Positions 1-12,400 of a stretch of DNA of 64,000 nt are shown piece after piece. This stretch comes from Amoebidium appalachense (taxonomy: Eukaryota; Protista; Ichthyosporea): assembly GCA_963693365.1 (NCBI GenBank), contig CAVNZM010000017.1, forward strand, positions 5,136,708 through 5,200,707, read 5' to 3'. The position numbers and the translations under genes were made by a program. A model generated the notes under the pieces. It ran no database searches. It saw nothing but the letters and a program-made list of their open reading frames with translations, and was not told the origin of the DNA. Every line of letters starts with the position of its first letter. Position 1 is the stretch's first letter.

Positions 1-1
1 C

Positions 2-3000
2 GTGGATGTTGTCCTTGCTGACAACTACGTCCCCCCTACCACCGTCGCGGTTGACGGTGAACCCCCCTTCTATGGCTACGGCACTACCGCGGAACTCAAA
101 GAGGCCCGCAATTGCCTCCTGCTCCATATGATACAGAACATCGACCCTTCCGTCCTCACCACCGTTGCCCAGTACCGTATTGGCATGGACCCTGAACGGG
201 CCATGTGGAAATTCCGTCAACACTATCTCCAAGGCAAACCCGATCAGATCCGCATCCTTCACCGTCAGTGGGATGCCTGTGCCCTTCAGCCCGGTGAATC
301 ATTCACCACCTACCTGAGCCGTCTGCAGACCATCGTGAACCAGCTCCAGTCTCTCCAAGATGAGTCCATTCACTTCACTCGTCTAGCTGAGAAGTTCTTC
401 AATGAACTCACCACCAGAGACGACCTCACCCCTGAGTTCAATCGTCTTATCGAAGACTATCACTTCGGTGATAAGCTATTCCCCGACTTCGAGTCCCTCC
501 ATAACCACGTCAAGGGCATCGAGTTACGTCAAGACCTCAAGATGCAACTCCGGAACAACCGTGCCCAACGTGCCTCCAAGTCCAGCATGGCATTAAATGC
601 CAGTGCTCCCCCCCGTGATCTTCCTCGCCGTGACTTACGCACCCGACTTGACCGTACCTCTGGCACGGACCTCCGAACTCGTCTCTCCCGTCAGCACACC
701 CGATCCCGTTCCCCCCACCGGCCTGCCTTCCGGTCCACGTCTCGTTCCCCCAGTCGTTCCCGTTTCTCGGGTTCCCGTCGTTCTGATTCCCCGGCTCGTT
801 CTAACACCCCGTCCGTGAAAGAATGCTCCTACTGCCACGAGCCTGATCACACGATCATCGATTGCCCTGAGCCGAAATGCCGTATGTCCAGACACAACCG
901 TTCCCGTCAAGGCAGTGAGAAATCTGTCTCCTTTGCTTTCTCGGCATACAATGCTAGCTCCGTCCCCGTGTCCTCCGACCCTGCCTGGGATTCCGGGTGC
1001 AACATGACTGTTTGCCCCACCCGTGAGTTCTTCCATGACCTCACTCCCCTTCCGACACCGACTCCCGTTGCTGCCTTCAATGGCACCCCCGTCTTGGCCA
1101 CTCACACCGGCCATATCGTCATCAACACCACCACCGACCATGGCACTACCACCCTAACCATTGAAGCCTACTACACCCCGTCTGGCCAAGCCTTCCTCAT
1201 TTCAACATCCCAAGCTGCTGCCGAATACATCAAGGGTGATTTGAACGATGCCTCCACTCCGTCATTCCTCTTCGACCGACTCACCGGCCGTCATCTCGTC
1301 AACCTCCGTCTACACAACGGTCTGTATTACTTCAAGGACTACACCATTCAACCACCCACTCGTCCTGTGGCTCTGGCTGCCACTACCAGTGTTAACCCAT
1401 CCATCTGGCACCATCGTCTGGGGCACCGAGCTATGACCAGCATCAAGGACATGGTGAAACACGACCTTGTTATTGGTCTCCCCTCCTCTGTCCTCGACTG
1501 TGATGTTCCTGATTGTCATGGCTGCATTATGGGTAAGACCACCAAGGCTCCGTTCAGGGGTGACCGTCCTCACTCCAACATCCCCGGTCATGAATGGCAT
1601 TGGGATTTTTTTGAGCCTACCACAACATCGTACGGAGGTTCCAAGGTTGCTCTCGTCACTGTCTGCCGTGCCTCTGGCCTCGTCAAGATCTACCCGATGG
1701 CCGACCGTACCACCACCCTGGATATTCTCACAGCTCACACCAACCTCGTTGCCACCCATGCCCCCTCCAAAGTTGGTGTTTACCACTTCGACTCCGGCTC
1801 TGAGTTCACCTCCAAGGATACACGTGCTTTTTGCCTCTCCCAGGGCATCAAGGCCAGCTATGCTCCGGTGGACTGCCCTCAACTGAACGGCTATGTTGAA
1901 CGACGTATGCGGTTCCTCCAAGAGATTGTCCGTTGCCTCCTCCATCAAGTCCAAGATCAGTCTCTGTCTCCCAAACTGTGGGCTGAGGCCCTCCAACATG
2001 CCGCCTACATCATCAACGTCACCCCGTCCACGACTGCCAATGGTCGTACACCATTCGAGGTTTTCTACGGTGTCAAGCCCGACATCTCCGAGCTCAAAGT
2101 GTTCGGTTGCCCTGCCTACACTCACGTGCCAGCCTCTAAACGGAACAAGCTGGCCCCCACCGTCAAACTCGGCATGTATATCGGCTATGATCTTCAATCA
2201 CACTGCCACCGGATCTTCAATGCCACCACCCATCGTGTCGGCCTCTTCCGTGATGTGATTTTCGACGAATCAGCTTATCTCCCGTCCGACATTCCATCAA
2301 CCCTTCCGACCCCCGACACCACTGCTACCTCGACCACCCCACCCCCCACAGGTGACACTGAAGATGATGTTTGTCTGGTGTACTCTGGCCCCCCTCCTGC
2401 CATCGTCGTTCCCCCGACACCCCCCCCCCACCGGCCCCCCTGCCCCCGTGCCCGTCCAGCCTGCCGACCCTCATCCTGCCCCTGGCAACGTCACACCCAT
2501 CCGACCCGGCTCCCCCGACAACTTCCACTCGGCCCCATCCAGCCCGGAGGTTGCCCCCCCCTGCACTTCCGAACTTCCAAGTTCCCCCCCCACCGTCTCC
2601 ACCTACCCCGGTTCCTGCACCCCGTCGTTCTGCCCGTCTCCAGGGCAAGGTTGGACTTCAAGCCACCACCACCCTGCCAGTCCCCCCCGGTCCCCCCATC
2701 AACATCGACCAACTACCCAAACTTGTCCGTCAACTCTGTTCCGGACCCAATGGTGATCAGGTCAAGTCAGCCCTGACTGCTGAGTATCAAGCCTTCGTCG
2801 ACAAAGACATCTTTGAACTTGTTGACCCTCCCCCTGGTGCTAACATCGTCGGCTTCAAGTGGATTGTCTCCGAGAAAACTCTCAACTCGGCTGGTGACAC
2901 CAAGATCAAGGCACGTGGTGTTGCTCAAGGCTTCAGTCAGCAATACGGTGTTGACTATGAGTTGATTGAGAGCCCTGTCATCCGTCCGGCTGCTCTCCGT

Positions 3001-4269
3001 GCCATCCTAGCTCTGGCCGTTGTTGAAGGTCATGACATACATCAACTCGACGTGTCTACGGCCTTTCTCAACAGCCCACTCACCGAGACCATCTACATGA
3101 AACAACCCCCGGGATTCATCACCATGGCCACACTTGGCAAGGTCTGGAGACTCAAGAAAGCCCTGTACGGCCTCAAGCAAGCCTCCAAGGCTTGGTACGA
3201 CTTCCTCGACGGCATTCTTCTTGCCCATGGCCTGACCCGTACTAAGACCGACCCGTGCATCTACCTCCGGTTCTTCCCCAACAACGATGTGGTACGGGCT
3301 GGTAACTACGTCGATGACTCCACCATCACCAACACCCGGGGTTCTACTGCTGCCAGTGACCTGGCTGCCCACATCAGCAAGATGGCCAGCTGTCGTATGA
3401 GTCCATTTGACCGTATGCTCGGTGTTGATTTTAATCACTCTGATCCCCATCACCTCCACATGCACCAGAGGTCTTACATCATGGATATCATCCACGACTT
3501 CAACCTCACCGATGCCAAGTCCAAGTCTACCCCCATCCCTGCAGGCACCACCGTCTCCCTGGCTGATTGCCCCCCCCAACCGTTCACCGTGCCCTACCGT
3601 GAGTTACTCGGCCGTCTCCTCTGGGTGGCACGGTGCACACGTCCCGACATTGCCTATGCCATCGGCTTCCTTGGTCGGTTCAGCACCAACCCCGGCAAGA
3701 CTCACTGGGACCTTCTCCGTCGTGTGGCCCGGTACCTGCTCGGCACCATTGACCTTGGCATTGACTACAAGTACTCGGCCACCCAGTCCCCCATACTCGA
3801 ATGCTACACGGATGCTGACTTTGCTGGTTGTGCCGACAGCAAGAAGTCTACCACCGGCTACATTATCGTGTTTGCTGGTATGCCCGTCATCTGGTACTCC
3901 AAGCTCCAGCCCATCACGGCCACCAGCACCACTGAAGCTGAGCTGATTGCTCTCAATGCTGGCACCCAAGAAGTTGCTTGGGTCCGTGACCTCTTCAAGG
4001 AACTCGGCTGTCCCATGCTTGCTCCGACTCCGGTGTACTGTGACAACCAGTCGACCATTGCCATCGTCAACTCCACCGGCATCAAGCACCGTACCAAACA
4101 CATTGCCGTCCGGTATCACAACACCAAGGACTACATTGCCAGTGGGGACGTGGTTGTCCACTACGTTGAGTCAGCCCACAACTTAGCTGACATACTCACC
4201 AAACCCCTCCCCGGCCCGAGTCATGTCCACCATCGTGCTCGACTTTGTTTACCGGATATTGTGGATTGA
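2..4269 (+). CDS. Copia gag-pol polyprotein, partial, with frameshifts in poly-C runs near 2420-2429 and 2554-2561
   Basis: ORF 2..2776 (Gag-PR-INT) and ORF 2371..4269 (RT-RH) join through a Pro-rich linker; both frame breaks fall in C homopolymers. Confidence 0.9.
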
Positions 4270-4687
4270 CCCGACCTACTTCAAGAGTGATTTTCTCATG
4301 TGTACTACTTACTTTATCAACATCATTATATCATATGTATTGCCTTTGTGGGTATGCCCACTTAGGGTTTATATATAAGGTTTGACCTGTACCATCACTC
4401 TACTCTATCTTTCACTGGTTTAAAACCCAGTTAATCAAACACCGCCTATACACGTTATATATATTCGTTGTTTTTGCCCCGGTTCCTTCCCCCCCTCCCC
4501 CCCCCCCCTTCCCCCCCCTTCCCCCCCCTTCCCCCCCCTCCCCCCCCCCCCCTCCCCCCCCCCCCCCCCCCCCCCCGGAAAAGTACACACTTTAATTTTT
4601 TTTTTTTCCGTTTCTGTTCTCAAGTGGGGAGATTTCACTAGTTCAGTGGGGATATGATAACACAAACTTCAAAGTCTTAAGTGGGGA

Positions 4688-5612
4688 TGTTGTAATACGT
4701 AGTATTTACATATGGTAAGATCTTCTCAGTTTGTGTTATGTTTCAGTTCATATGCTTAGTGTAAATGCCACACTCCTATTATGTAAAGTGTAGCATCGAT
4801 CTCCGATATGCTTGTATACTTGTAATCGTGTTGTATCGGCTTTAATCGTGTATTGTAATATCGATTAGAATATTTATATGTGTGTACACGGATCCACCCA
4901 CTCAGGGAGAGACGTGTACATGTTCGTGTGTACATAAATATCTCTGGTTATAGTTATGCTATTACTATCTTGTTTGTTGATCTGTGCTCTCTTTTCCTTC
5001 CTCTTTCTCCTTCCTTATTTTCTTTTCTTTCTCTCCTTGTCTTCATGTGTATAATCGTATTTCTTTTCTACTAATATATGTTAGGTAGATTTGTGTTACT
5101 TAATACGTGTTCATTGGACGGTAACACACTTAGGCTACACTTAGAATAACATGTGTGTTTAGACTTCATTAATTCACTTTAGTTTTCATGTGTTGCCGGG
5201 CTTTAACCAATCATCAAGGTTAAGTGTGATATGTCTGAGTCTTTGCAGTATGTCATAGGTTAGAACTTCCTTGATGATGACACGAGTTGATCCTAACTAG
5301 TGTCTGTGTCCTATCGTGTACGCCTCCGCGTACCGGATCTCTCTGAAAGCAATTGGTTCTTAGTGATTGGTTTCTATTAGAGATGGATCTGATTTCCGAC
5401 TGGTCGGAAATCATGTATGGATTGGACTTAGAGGAATTTCAGGTATTTATTCGAAGATCAGAATAAATTCAGTTCAGTCGTGTCTAAACATTGATGTCTG
5501 TTGTGTACACTGCTCCGATCGTTCCGTGTTTTGTTGTTGTGTGTGTCTGTGGTGTTTTCACACTGCACCACTGTGTCTCTGCTTACATCCCAAATACTTA
5601 TAGAACTTAACA
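4688..5612 (+). repeat. 3' LTR of Copia A1 (TGTTG...TAACA)
   Basis: Direct repeat of 8461-9385 and 14295-15219 with about six substitutions seen by eye; canonical TG...CA ends; followed by GAGGG. Confidence 0.95.
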
Positions 5613-5636
5613 GAGGGACGGAGAGAGAGCCTCGGG

Positions 5637-5719
<83 letters not shown>

Positions 5720-5940
5720 GGAGAGCTCTGAGAGAGAGAAAGAGGGGGGGGAGCTCTGGGAGAGAGAGAGAGAATGAGAGAGAGAATGAGAGGGGGGGGG
5801 GGGGGGGGGGAGGGAGAGGGAGAGATAGAGAGAGAGTGTGTGTGTGTGAATAAGGAAAGAGGGGAGAAAGAGAGGGGGGGGGGAGGGGGGGGAGAGGATG
5901 GGAGTGAGGGAAAAAGACGGGACGAGGGAAGGAGGGGAGG

Positions 5941-6115
<175 letters not shown>

Positions 6116-6653
6116 TAAAGAGAAAGAGAAAAGGGAGAGAGAGATTGTGTGCATGTATGGGCAATTGTGTGTGCGTTAGTGTGGTAGTGTATGGGTGTAT
6201 GTGTGTCAGTGCAGGGATTCAGTTGTTAATGTAGTGACTGTAACGGTGCCACTGTATACTACGTGCGCGTAGTCAATGTTGTTGTTGTTTTTTAAGGCAA
6301 TTGTCGCCTTGGCGGCAAAACTTTATTAGCATTAATACATAATTGTAGAGATCAATCCAACACTATTGCGTGTAACTTTAGGTACCGCACCGCAGATCAC
6401 AAAACACCTGGATAGAGATCAACAACAGATAGTAAAAAAACAAGCTTCGCACACATTCCTTTTTTCGTCGCACTATACTTCACAGTTGCAAAACCATTCA
6501 TCATAGTATTAAAGAGCCAATCAATACAAAGTCTGGATGACTTAGATGTGATTCGACAACGGAGAGTACATATCAACCATTGAAAAATAGAGCTAGGCCC
6601 TCGCTACGTCCTCTATGTTTTGTTGCACTACATGTATACAGAAACATGCACAT

Positions 6654-7727
6654 TTACACCCTTCCGGAAGTGGCCTGGGCCTGAGCCTGAGCCTTTGCCT
6701 TTACACTGATGGCCCCGCTGGCCTTCAGGCCCACCACCAGCAGCACGATGGGCGCCACGTAGCACAGCGTGTGCACGCCTTTGCTCATGTTGTTCACCCC
6801 GACGGCCGGAATCACTGCCGAGGCGCCGGCCATAGCCGCAAACACGCAGGCCCACAGCAGCGAAAGCACCAGCGTCAGCTTCTTGAATCCGGCCGTGGGC
6901 CACACGGTGCGCGGGGCGCTTTCCATGGCGACCTGGCGGGCAAACGGGAAGCCAAGCAGGATGGAGAGAAAGGCGGCCACGGCCTGGGTGCCGTTGACCA
7001 CCACCATGGTGTAGTTGTTTGCGATGTCTTTAGTGTCGGGCCCCGACAGCGCCAACACCAGCAGCGCGGCATATGCGGCCAGCTGGGCCACCAGCATGAT
7101 GCGTGGCCACGTGGGGATGGTGTGGCGCACGGCCCAGCGGTAAAGGTCGATGGCCAGAATCGCAGCCACCAGCCCCGTACCGGCAACCATCGCCCAAGTG
7201 GTGCTTTGCGGCTGCACGAGCGCCACCACAATGAACGGCCCAAAGTCGCGCACCTTGTAGAACAGCCGCGACAGCCGCGACGTTTCGTTTGTTCTGCTGT
7301 TTGAAGATTTGTCTACGTCACTCGAGATGCTTTGGTCGTGTGTGTGTTTGTCGCTACTGTGTCCCGGTTCAAAGGCGGGAGGGGCTGCCTGAGAATAGTA
7401 ATAAGCTGGAGCCGGGGGAGCGTACTCTGGAGCGGGCTGATACTGGAGTGAGCTGGGTGGCTGAGAGTAGTATGGGGAAACATGTTGGTTAGGGGTGGAC
7501 GTGGGCTGCACATGTTCCGGGTAATTAGTGTAGCAGGTGGTGGGTGAAGTGGCAGTCTGGGGGTAGGCGGCAGAAGGGTAGTTTGGGGGAGGGATTTCTG
7601 GCTGGTAGCTGTCGTGGTAGCGGGGCGTCTGGCGAGTCGAAGGTGGGGAGGCGCGGGTTTGTTGAGTGCGTGTGCTGCTGGTGGCAGCCTCGGCAGCGAG
7701 CCCAACAACGGTACGGATGATCCCCAT
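6654..7727 (-). CDS. Intronless multi-pass membrane protein (357 aa): Pro/Tyr/Gln-rich N-terminus and a C-terminal domain resembling bacterial hypothetical membrane proteins
   Basis: Single long GC-rich ORF with about 6 hydrophobic segments; motif SILLGFPFARQVAMESAPRTVWPTAGFKKLTLVLSLLWACVF; upstream GATTGG and GGTATATG boxes near 7910-7942 on the - strand. Confidence 0.8.
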   Translation of the reverse strand: MGIIRTVVGLAAEAATSSTRTQQTRASPPSTRQTPRYHDSYQPEIPPPNYPSAAYPQTATSPTTCYTNYPEHVQPTSTPNQHVSPYYSQPPSSLQYQPAPEYAPPAPAYYYSQAAPPAFEPGHSSDKHTHDQSISSDVDKSSNSRTNETSRLSRLFYKVRDFGPFIVVALVQPQSTTWAMVAGTGLVAAILAIDLYRWAVRHTIPTWPRIMLVAQLAAYAALLVLALSGPDTKDIANNYTMVVVNGTQAVAAFLSILLGFPFARQVAMESAPRTVWPTAGFKKLTLVLSLLWACVFAAMAGASAVIPAVGVNNMSKGVHTLCYVAPIVLLVVGLKASGAISVKAKAQAQAQATSGRV

Positions 7728-8091
7728 GTTGGTGTATGTGGTGTGTGTGGTTTACTGCTCTAGACTATAGGTATGTTAGGAACGAATCAAAGAATGCGAG
7801 CTAAAATAGTATGGCTAATGTTACTAGTTGAGCGAGTGCTAATGTTCTCGTGTAGTTGTACGGGATCGAGGCCGGCGGTTCTGGCTAATAACTGCAACTG
7901 AAGTCCAGTTCATATACCCCTGAGCCTGAGCCTTAGCCAATCACAACTCGTGGTCAGTTTATCCGCTAAATCTGCAGATCGCATTCCAAGCATAACTATC
8001 TTGCGTTGTCATCTGCGGCTCAACGGCCGACTCCGGCGGCCGAACCCACGGAGCGATACCAGGACTCGCATGCAGGCACTGAGTGCAAAGA

Positions 8092-8124
<33 letters not shown>

Positions 8125-8136
8125 AGTGCGTGTGTG

Positions 8137-8311
<175 letters not shown>

Positions 8312-8460
8312 GGGGGGGGGGGGGGGGGGGGGGGATGGGATTGAGGAGCAGGGATAGGGAAGGGGAACGATGTTGGTTACCCCAGTGTCTACCTTACTCC
8401 TTACTTGAATCATCGAGGGGTATGGTGAGGGTGGGCCGTCGAAGGAGAGGGGGGAGGGGG

Positions 8461-9385
8461 TGTTGTAATACGTAGTATTTACATATGGTAAGATCTTCTC
8501 AGTTTGTGTTATGTTTCAGTTCATATGCTTAATGTAAATGCCACACTCCTATTATGTAAAGTGTAGCATCGATCTCCGATATGCTTGTATACTTGTAATC
8601 GTGTTGTATCGGCTTTAATCGTGTATTGTAATATCGATTAGAATATTTATATGTGTGTACACGGATCCACCCACTCAGGGAGAGACGTGTACATGTTCGT
8701 GTGTACATAAATATCTCTGGTTATAGTTATGCTATTACTATCTTGTTTGTTGATCTGTGCTCTCTTTTCCTTCCTCTTTCTCCTTCCTTATTTTCTTTTC
8801 TTTCTCTCCTTGTCTTCATGTGTATAATCGTATTTCTTTTCTACTAATATATGTTAGGTAGATTTGTGTTACTTAATACGTGTTCATTGGACGGTAACAC
8901 ACTTAGGCTACACTTAGAATAGCATGTGTGTTTAGACTTCATTAATTCACTTTAGTTTTCATGTGTTGCCGGGCTTTAACCAATCATCAAGGTTAAGTGT
9001 GATATGTCTGAGTCTTTGCAGTATGTCATAGGTTAGAACTTCCTTGATGATGACACGAGTTGATCTTAACTAGTGTCTGTGTCCTATCGTGTACGCCTCC
9101 GCGTACCGGATCTCTCTGAAAGCAATTGGTTCTTAGTGATTGGTTTCTATTAGAGATGGATCTGATTTCCGACTGGTCGGAAATCATGTATGGATTGGAC
9201 TTAGAGGAATTTCAGGTATTTATTCGAAGATCAGAATAAATTCAGTTCAGTCGTGTCTAAACATTGATGTCTGTTGTGTACACTGCTCCGATCGTTCCGT
9301 GTTTTGTTGTTGTGTGTGTCTGTGGTGTTTTCACACTGCACCACTGTGTCTCTGCTTACATCCTAAATACTTATAGAATTTAAAA
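8461..9385 (+). repeat. 5' LTR of Copia A2
   Basis: Starts TGTTGTAATA, ends TTTAAAA, directly followed by the PBS. Confidence 0.95.
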
Positions 9386-9399
9386 GGTTATGCAGCCCT
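9386..9399 (+). promoter_or_regulatory. Primer-binding site of the half-tRNAi-Met (anticodon-arm) type
   Basis: GGTTATGCAGCCCT next to the 5' LTR resembles the GGTTATG(A/G)GCCC PBS of copia/Ty5/Osser-type elements, with one extra base. Confidence 0.75.
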
Positions 9400-9447
9400 T
9401 TTGCACGCTCCCTACACACATCTAGAACTCGCGCTCGTTTTTCAATC

Positions 9448-12400
9448 ATGGATCCAAACAAAACTGGCGTAAACAAAATCACCATGTGGAAAGGTGAAGG
9501 GAAGACTGGTCCCGATAGCAAAACTACCTATTTTCAATGGGAAATCATTTTTCTCGGCATGATGACCGGCACTAAAGGTGTCCGACTCGTGGATGTTGTC
9601 CTTGCTGACAACTACGTCCCCCCTACCACCGTCGCGGTTGACGGTGAACCCCCCTTCTATGGCTACGGCACTACCGCGGAACTCAAAGAGGCCCGCAATT
9701 GCCTCCTGCTCCATATGATACAGAACATCGACCCTTCCGTCCTCACCACCGTTGCCCAGTACCGTATTGGCATGGACCCTGAACGGGCCATGTGGAAATT
9801 CCGTCAACACTATCTCCAAGGCAAACCCGATCAGATCCGCATCCTTCACCGTCAGTGGGATGCCTGTGCCCTTCAGCCCGGTGAATCATTCACCACCTAC
9901 CTGAGCCGTCTGCAGACCATCGTGAACCAGCTCCAGTCTCTCCAAGATGAGTCCATTCACTTCACTCGTCTAGCTGAGAAGTTCTTCAATGAACTCACCA
10001 CCAGAGACGACCTCACCCCTGAGTTCAATCGTCTTATCGAAGACTATCACTTCGGTGATAAGCTATTCCCCGACTTCGAGTCCCTCCATAACCACGTCAA
10101 GGGCATCGAGTTACGTCAAGACCTCAAGATGCAACTCCGGAACAACCGTGCCCACCGTGCCTCCAAGTCCAGCATGGCATTAAATGCCAGTGCTCCCCCC
10201 CGTGATCTTCCTCGCCGTGACTTACGCACCCGACTTGACCGTACCTCTGGCACGGACCTCCGAACTCGTCTCTCCCGTCAGCACACCCGATCCCGTTCCC
10301 CCCACCGGCCTGCCTTCCGGTCCACGTCTCGTTCCCCCAGTCGTTCCCGTTTCTCGGGTTCCCGTCGTTCTGATTCCCCGGCTCGTTCTAACACCCCGTC
10401 CGTGAAAGAATGCTCCTACTGCCACGAGCCTGATCACACGATCATCGATTGCCCTGAGCCGAAATGCCGTATGTCCAGACACAACCGTTCCCGTCAAGGC
10501 AGTGAGAAATCTGTCTCCTTTGCTTTCTCGGCATACAATGCTAGCTCCGTCCCCGTGTCCTCCGACCCTGCCTGGGATTCCGGGTGCAACATGACTGTTT
10601 GCCCCACCCGTGAGTTCTTCCATGACCTCACTCCCCTTCCGACACCGACTCCCGTTGCTGCCTTCAATGGCACCCCCGTCTTGGCCACTCACACCGGCCA
10701 TATCGTCATCAACACCACCACCGACCATGGCACTACCACCCTAACCATTGAAGCCTACTACACCCCGTCTGGCCAAGCCTTCCTCATTTCAACATCCCAA
10801 GCTGCTGCCGAATACATCAAGGGTGATTTGAACGATGCCTCCACTCCGTCATTCCTCTTCGACCGACTCACCGGCCGTCATCTCGTCAACCTCCGTCTAC
10901 ACAACGGTCTGTATTACTTCAAGGACTACACCATTCAACCACCCACTCGTCCTGTGGCTCTGGCTGCCACTACCAGTGTTAACCCATCCATCTGGCACCA
11001 TCGTCTGGGGCACCGAGCTATGACCAGCATCAAGGACATGGTGAAACACGACCTTGTTATTGGTCTCCCCTCCTCTGTCCTCGACTGTGATGTTCCTGAT
11101 TGTCATGGCTGCATTATGGGTAAGACCACCAAGGCTCCGTTCAGGGGTGACCGTCCTCACTCCAACATCCCCGGTCATGAATGGCATTGGGATTTTTTTG
11201 AGCCTACCACAACATCGTACGGAGGTTCCAAGGTTGCTCTCGTCACTGTCTGCCGTGCCTCTGGCCTCGTCAAGATCTACCCGATGGCCGACCGTACCAC
11301 CACCCTGGATATTCTCACAGCTCACACCAACCTCGTTGCCACCCATGCCCCCTCCAAAGTTGGTGTTTACCACTTCGACTCCGGCTCTGAGTTCACCTCC
11401 AAGGATACCCGTGCTTTTTGCCTCTCCCAGGGCATCAAGGCCAGCTATGCTCCGGTGGACTGCCCTCAACTGAACGGCTATGTTGAACGACGTATGCGGT
11501 TCCTCCAAGAGATTGTCCGTTGCCTCCTCCATCAAGTCCAAGATCAGTCTCTGTCTCCCAAACTGTGGGCTGAGGCCCTCCAACATGCCGCCTACATCAT
11601 CAACGTCACCCCGTCCACGACTGCCAATGGTCGTACACCATTCGAGGTTTTCTACGGTGTCAAGCCCGACATCTCCGAGCTCAAAGTGTTCGGTTGCCCT
11701 GCCTACACTCACGTGCCAGCCTCTAAACGGAACAAGCTGGCCCCCACCGTCAAACTCGGCATGTATATCGGCTATGATCTTCAATCACACTGCCACCGGA
11801 TCTTCAATGCCACCACCCATCGTGTCGGCCTCTTCCGTGATGTGATTTTCGACGAATCAGCTTATCTCCCGTCCGACATTCCATCAACCCTTCCGACCCC
11901 CGACACCACTGCTACCTCGACCACCCCACCCCCCACAGGTGACACTGAAGATGATGTTTGTCTGGTGTACTCTGGCCCCCCTCCTGCCATCGTCGTTCCC
12001 CCGACACCCCCCCCCCACCGGCCCCCCTGCCCCCGTGCCCGTCCAGCCTGCCGACCCTCATCCTGCCCCTGGCAACGTCACACCCATCCGACCCGGCTCC
12101 CCCGACAACTTCCACTCGGCCCCATCCAGCCCGGAGGTTGCCCCCCCTGCACTTCCGAACTTCCAAGTTCCCCCCCCACCGTCTCCACCTACCCCGGTTC
12201 CTGCACCCCGTCGTTCTGCCCGTCTCCAGGGCAAGGTTGGACTTCAAGCCACCACCACCCTGCCAGTCCCCCCCGGTCCCCCCATCAACATCGACCAACT
12301 ACCCAAACTTGTCCGTCAACTCTGTTCCGGACCCAATGGTGATCAGGTCAAGTCAGCCCTGACTGCTGAGTATCAAGCCTTCGTCGACAAAGACATCTTT

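Larger units (their letters stand above)
1..5612 (+). mobile_element. Ty1/Copia LTR retrotransposon, family A copy 1 (5' end outside window)
   Basis: Gag CCHC knuckle (CSYCHEPDHTIIDC), protease (WDSGC), integrase (WHHRLGH...CHGC, DDE), RT (YVDD) and RNase H (DADFAG) in Copia order; PPT AAGTGGGGA then a 925-bp LTR at 4688-5612. Confidence 0.97.
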
